Below are positions 61,401-64,000 of a DNA stretch of 64,000 nucleotides, in pieces. The stretch spans positions 881,769 through 945,768 of the forward strand of contig NW_003314308.1 in the NCBI RefSeq assembly GCF_000143415.4. Reading direction: 5' to 3'. A model generated the notes under the pieces. It saw only the letters and a program-made list of their open reading frames with translations, had not been told where the DNA came from and made no database searches. Every line of letters begins with the position of its first letter. The stretch's first letter is position 1. Both the position numbers and the translations under genes were made by a program. The stretch comes from Selaginella moellendorffii. Its lineage: Eukaryota > Plantae > Lycopodiophyta.

Positions 61401-62833
61401 GTTATTGCATTAATTTGCTATACAACTTAAATTTCTGTCATTAAGCTTTCCATTGATATTGTAACTACAATTTAAGACACGATAGTTTTATAAATTTAAG
61501 TTAAAATATGCAGTTATTTTTAGTAGTCAATATTTCTGACTAAAGTCAGAATTAAAAAATTTCTTAAGCTAAGTTGCAATTTATGACTAAATTTTAAGTC
61601 ATTTATAATGGTTATAAAACAAAAAATATAGTCGTTATGTTCAGTAGTTATTTGATCCAGTGTAGTGCTGCTGGAAGTCCCCCTTGAGCCTCACCAGAGG
61701 ATAGTCAGATTTGCATCTCAGGATGCTCTCGAGTGTGGTATGGCTTCAAGAAGCTGGAAACTTTCCTGGACTTTGCTGGAGCTGCTCATAGGCATTTGGA
61801 CGGGGTCGGGTGGCCAGAATCTTCTCCACTTGAAGGAGTTGGAAGATAACAAGATCAAGGGCAAGGACAACATCAAGAACACGTGCTTCTGTTCTTGACG
61901 AGGAGACGAGGTTGCAATGACTCTGGAACCAGAGGAAGAAAAGAAGAAGAAAGAAAAGGCAATGGTGGATGTGAAGAAGTGGAAGAAAGCTACCACGGCT
62001 AGTGTCCAGGAAACATGGAAAGCCCAGGCTCCCGCAAGCAATGCCAAGGCGCAAGGAGTGAACAAGAGTAGAAGCAGTGGCAAGCTCAAGATGGGGGGTG
62101 GAAAGCTAAGCGTGCAGCTCCCACCTTGTTTGAGGCTCTGTTTCATGAAGAATGTGGCTGAGAGTAGCCTCGCTTTCAAGACCTCCAATCCATTATCCAT
62201 GATGGATTGATTGATTATCATGGTGTGACTTGAGCTGCGAATTTTCGTTAGTACAGTGGACTAACGCTGACTACTATCAGTCAATGCTATCCCATTACTG
62301 TTCTAATGAGCTCATTCTAATGAATTCATTGATGTGCTTATAAAGCTGGTAAATAATTAGTGACTATCGTTGACTGCTATGACTACTATAACCTACTACT
62401 TACTATAAGAAATGTTATTGAAAGTTTATATTTTTAAAAACAGGAAATTAAATGTCCAAAGTGTCTTGCAATATAATCCCCCAATTCAATATCTCTCTGT
62501 TGTCTTAATGAAAAGTTGTTGTCTTGTTGCCTTGTTTGAAACTTGCAAATCATAATCTCCTGATTCAAATGCCTCCAGAATTCTCCATCTGTTATAATTT
62601 TGATTGAATACCACGGACCTGCCTTTGCCTGTTCCGGTTTAAAAAAACCGAAGTGATTTGTTTCATGAATCTTCATTCTGTGCCTGCAACCTCAAGCGTA
62701 TCATCAGTCCAAAACGACCGAAAAGCGTACCTCCTTTCGCTCTAAGCTCCATCGAGCTCAAGCTTAACCTCCAAGGTGGAAGGCTAGTTCAAGCAGAAGT
62801 TATACTTTAACTCGAGGCATGGAGACTGTTTAC

Positions 62834-64000
62834 CTTGGCATCTGAGTCGTGTACACAAGCAGCCAAATGCGAACCTCCAGAATTGGCCGAGTGATTTGCC
62901 TCAACCACGGGCTTCTCCAGATTCTCCACCTCACGGATCCTAAAAGTGCTCCATTGGTCACTTGTTCTATCTCTCAAGCATGAAGACTTACCTGTGGGAG
63001 TGCTTGTTGCCGGGCCTCCTCATCCCAAACCCGGTGATCCTTTGCATGTGCTTCTCCATCTCAGCTCGCTTCTCCGCTGCTGCCGCAAGCCGAACAACGA
63101 AAGCATCTCCAGGATCGAACACAGTGCCACGATGAGACACTGGATCCAAAGCCTGTTCCTGGGCTCTTCGATCATTGCCACTCCGACGAGCAGCACTCGA
63201 CAAGAATGGATCCTCCGGGAGAGAAGCTCTTGGCACCTTCTTGTGCTCGTCGACTCCGTGGATCGCTGCTGGTGGATCTCGTCCCAATGGCGGCGTCAGG
63301 CGGTCGTCAACCGAATCGGTAGCAGCACCATAGATTGGATTCATCTTGAGAAAAGCCGAAGGTGGCAGCCGCCTTGGAGGCCTCGCGAGTGGAGGACTGG
63401 CCACCTTTGTGCTGGGATTTAGCTGCGACGGTCGAAGGTGCTGCTTGCTCCTCTCTTGAACGAAGGAATTGAGCTTGTCCCGGAGCTCTGCGTCCTCAAT
63501 CTTGCTCAAGGGAACGAGATACTCTCGCTGACTGCCGCTGCTGCTGCTGCCACCGCCAGGAAGATGGCTGCTCCCGACGTAGCGCACCAGGATGTCGTTC
63601 GCCTTCTTTCTTCTTCCCTTCACGAGTATCCAGATGCCGGTGATGATGGCCACCATAGCAAGCAGGAAAAGGACGATGCCTGCCACAAGCAGCCCCGGTG
63701 TTGCAAACGCTGCCGCTGCTGCTGCTGCTGTTGATGATGACGACCCCAGAGGCGGAGCAATAGACAAGGGGCCAGGCGGAGGCGGCGATGAAAACGTGTG
63801 AAAGACAGGCGACCCTGGTTGCCATGTTATCGTGTCATGAGCGGGCCTTGGCCACCAAGTGGTTGTCCCAGAAGAAGGTGGCGGCCCTGTATGCTCCTTT
63901 GCTGGTGGAGGTGGCGGCGGCCCAAACCTCCTTGGTCGCCAAGTGGTTGTCCCGGAAGAAGGTGGCGGCCCTGTATGCTGCTTTGCTGGTGGAGGTGGGT
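62834..64000 (-). CDS. Proline-rich membrane protein gene copy 4 (5' part beyond the window)
   Basis: ORF 62988-63767 matches the C-terminal half of copy 2, with the same intron and exon 2. Confidence 0.8.

Larger units (their letters stand above)
31500..64000. repeat. Rearranged array of an ~8.4-kb segmental duplication unit
   Basis: Direct copies are offset by 8443 bp (gene ATGs at 45486 and 53929). Inverted copies lie at about 31.5-39.8 kb and 61.7-64 kb. The same small ORFs (MNKQAIGEF..., MIINQSIMDNG...) recur 4-5 times. Confidence 0.92.

Overview
Eukaryotic, transposon-dominated plant DNA with very short GT-AG introns (about 40-55 nt) and two N gaps. A seed-free plant such as the lycophyte Selaginella is my inference, not something the sequence proves. 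1-29 kb is a nest of mobile elements: a truncated Ty3/Gypsy element, a spliced beta-class N4C/N6A DNA-methyltransferase pseudogene, a 13.6-kb TIR DNA transposon (6158-19770), Cassandra-like TRIMs with a 5S-rRNA-derived segment, and a non-coding LTR element whose 3' LTR is split by a clean 3.1-kb inversion. The 13.6-kb element is the most striking object. It encodes a Sola1-like DDD/E transposase on the minus strand and, divergently, a long multi-exon gene with a ParB-like domain, a possible degenerate methyltransferase fold, an acidic tract and an FCP1/HAD-like domain. About 30 copies of a 22-bp spaced palindrome, ATGGCRTG-N6-CAYGCCAT, are spread across it, many inside introns, and I saw none elsewhere in the window. 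29-64 kb is a rearranged array of an ~8.4-kb unit carrying a proline/histidine-rich single-pass membrane protein gene (4 copies in different states), decayed multi-exon gene relics, at least 7 Helentron/Helitron2-like non-autonomous elements and one RepHel N-terminal relic. All domain calls come from motif recognition by eye; no database search was run.
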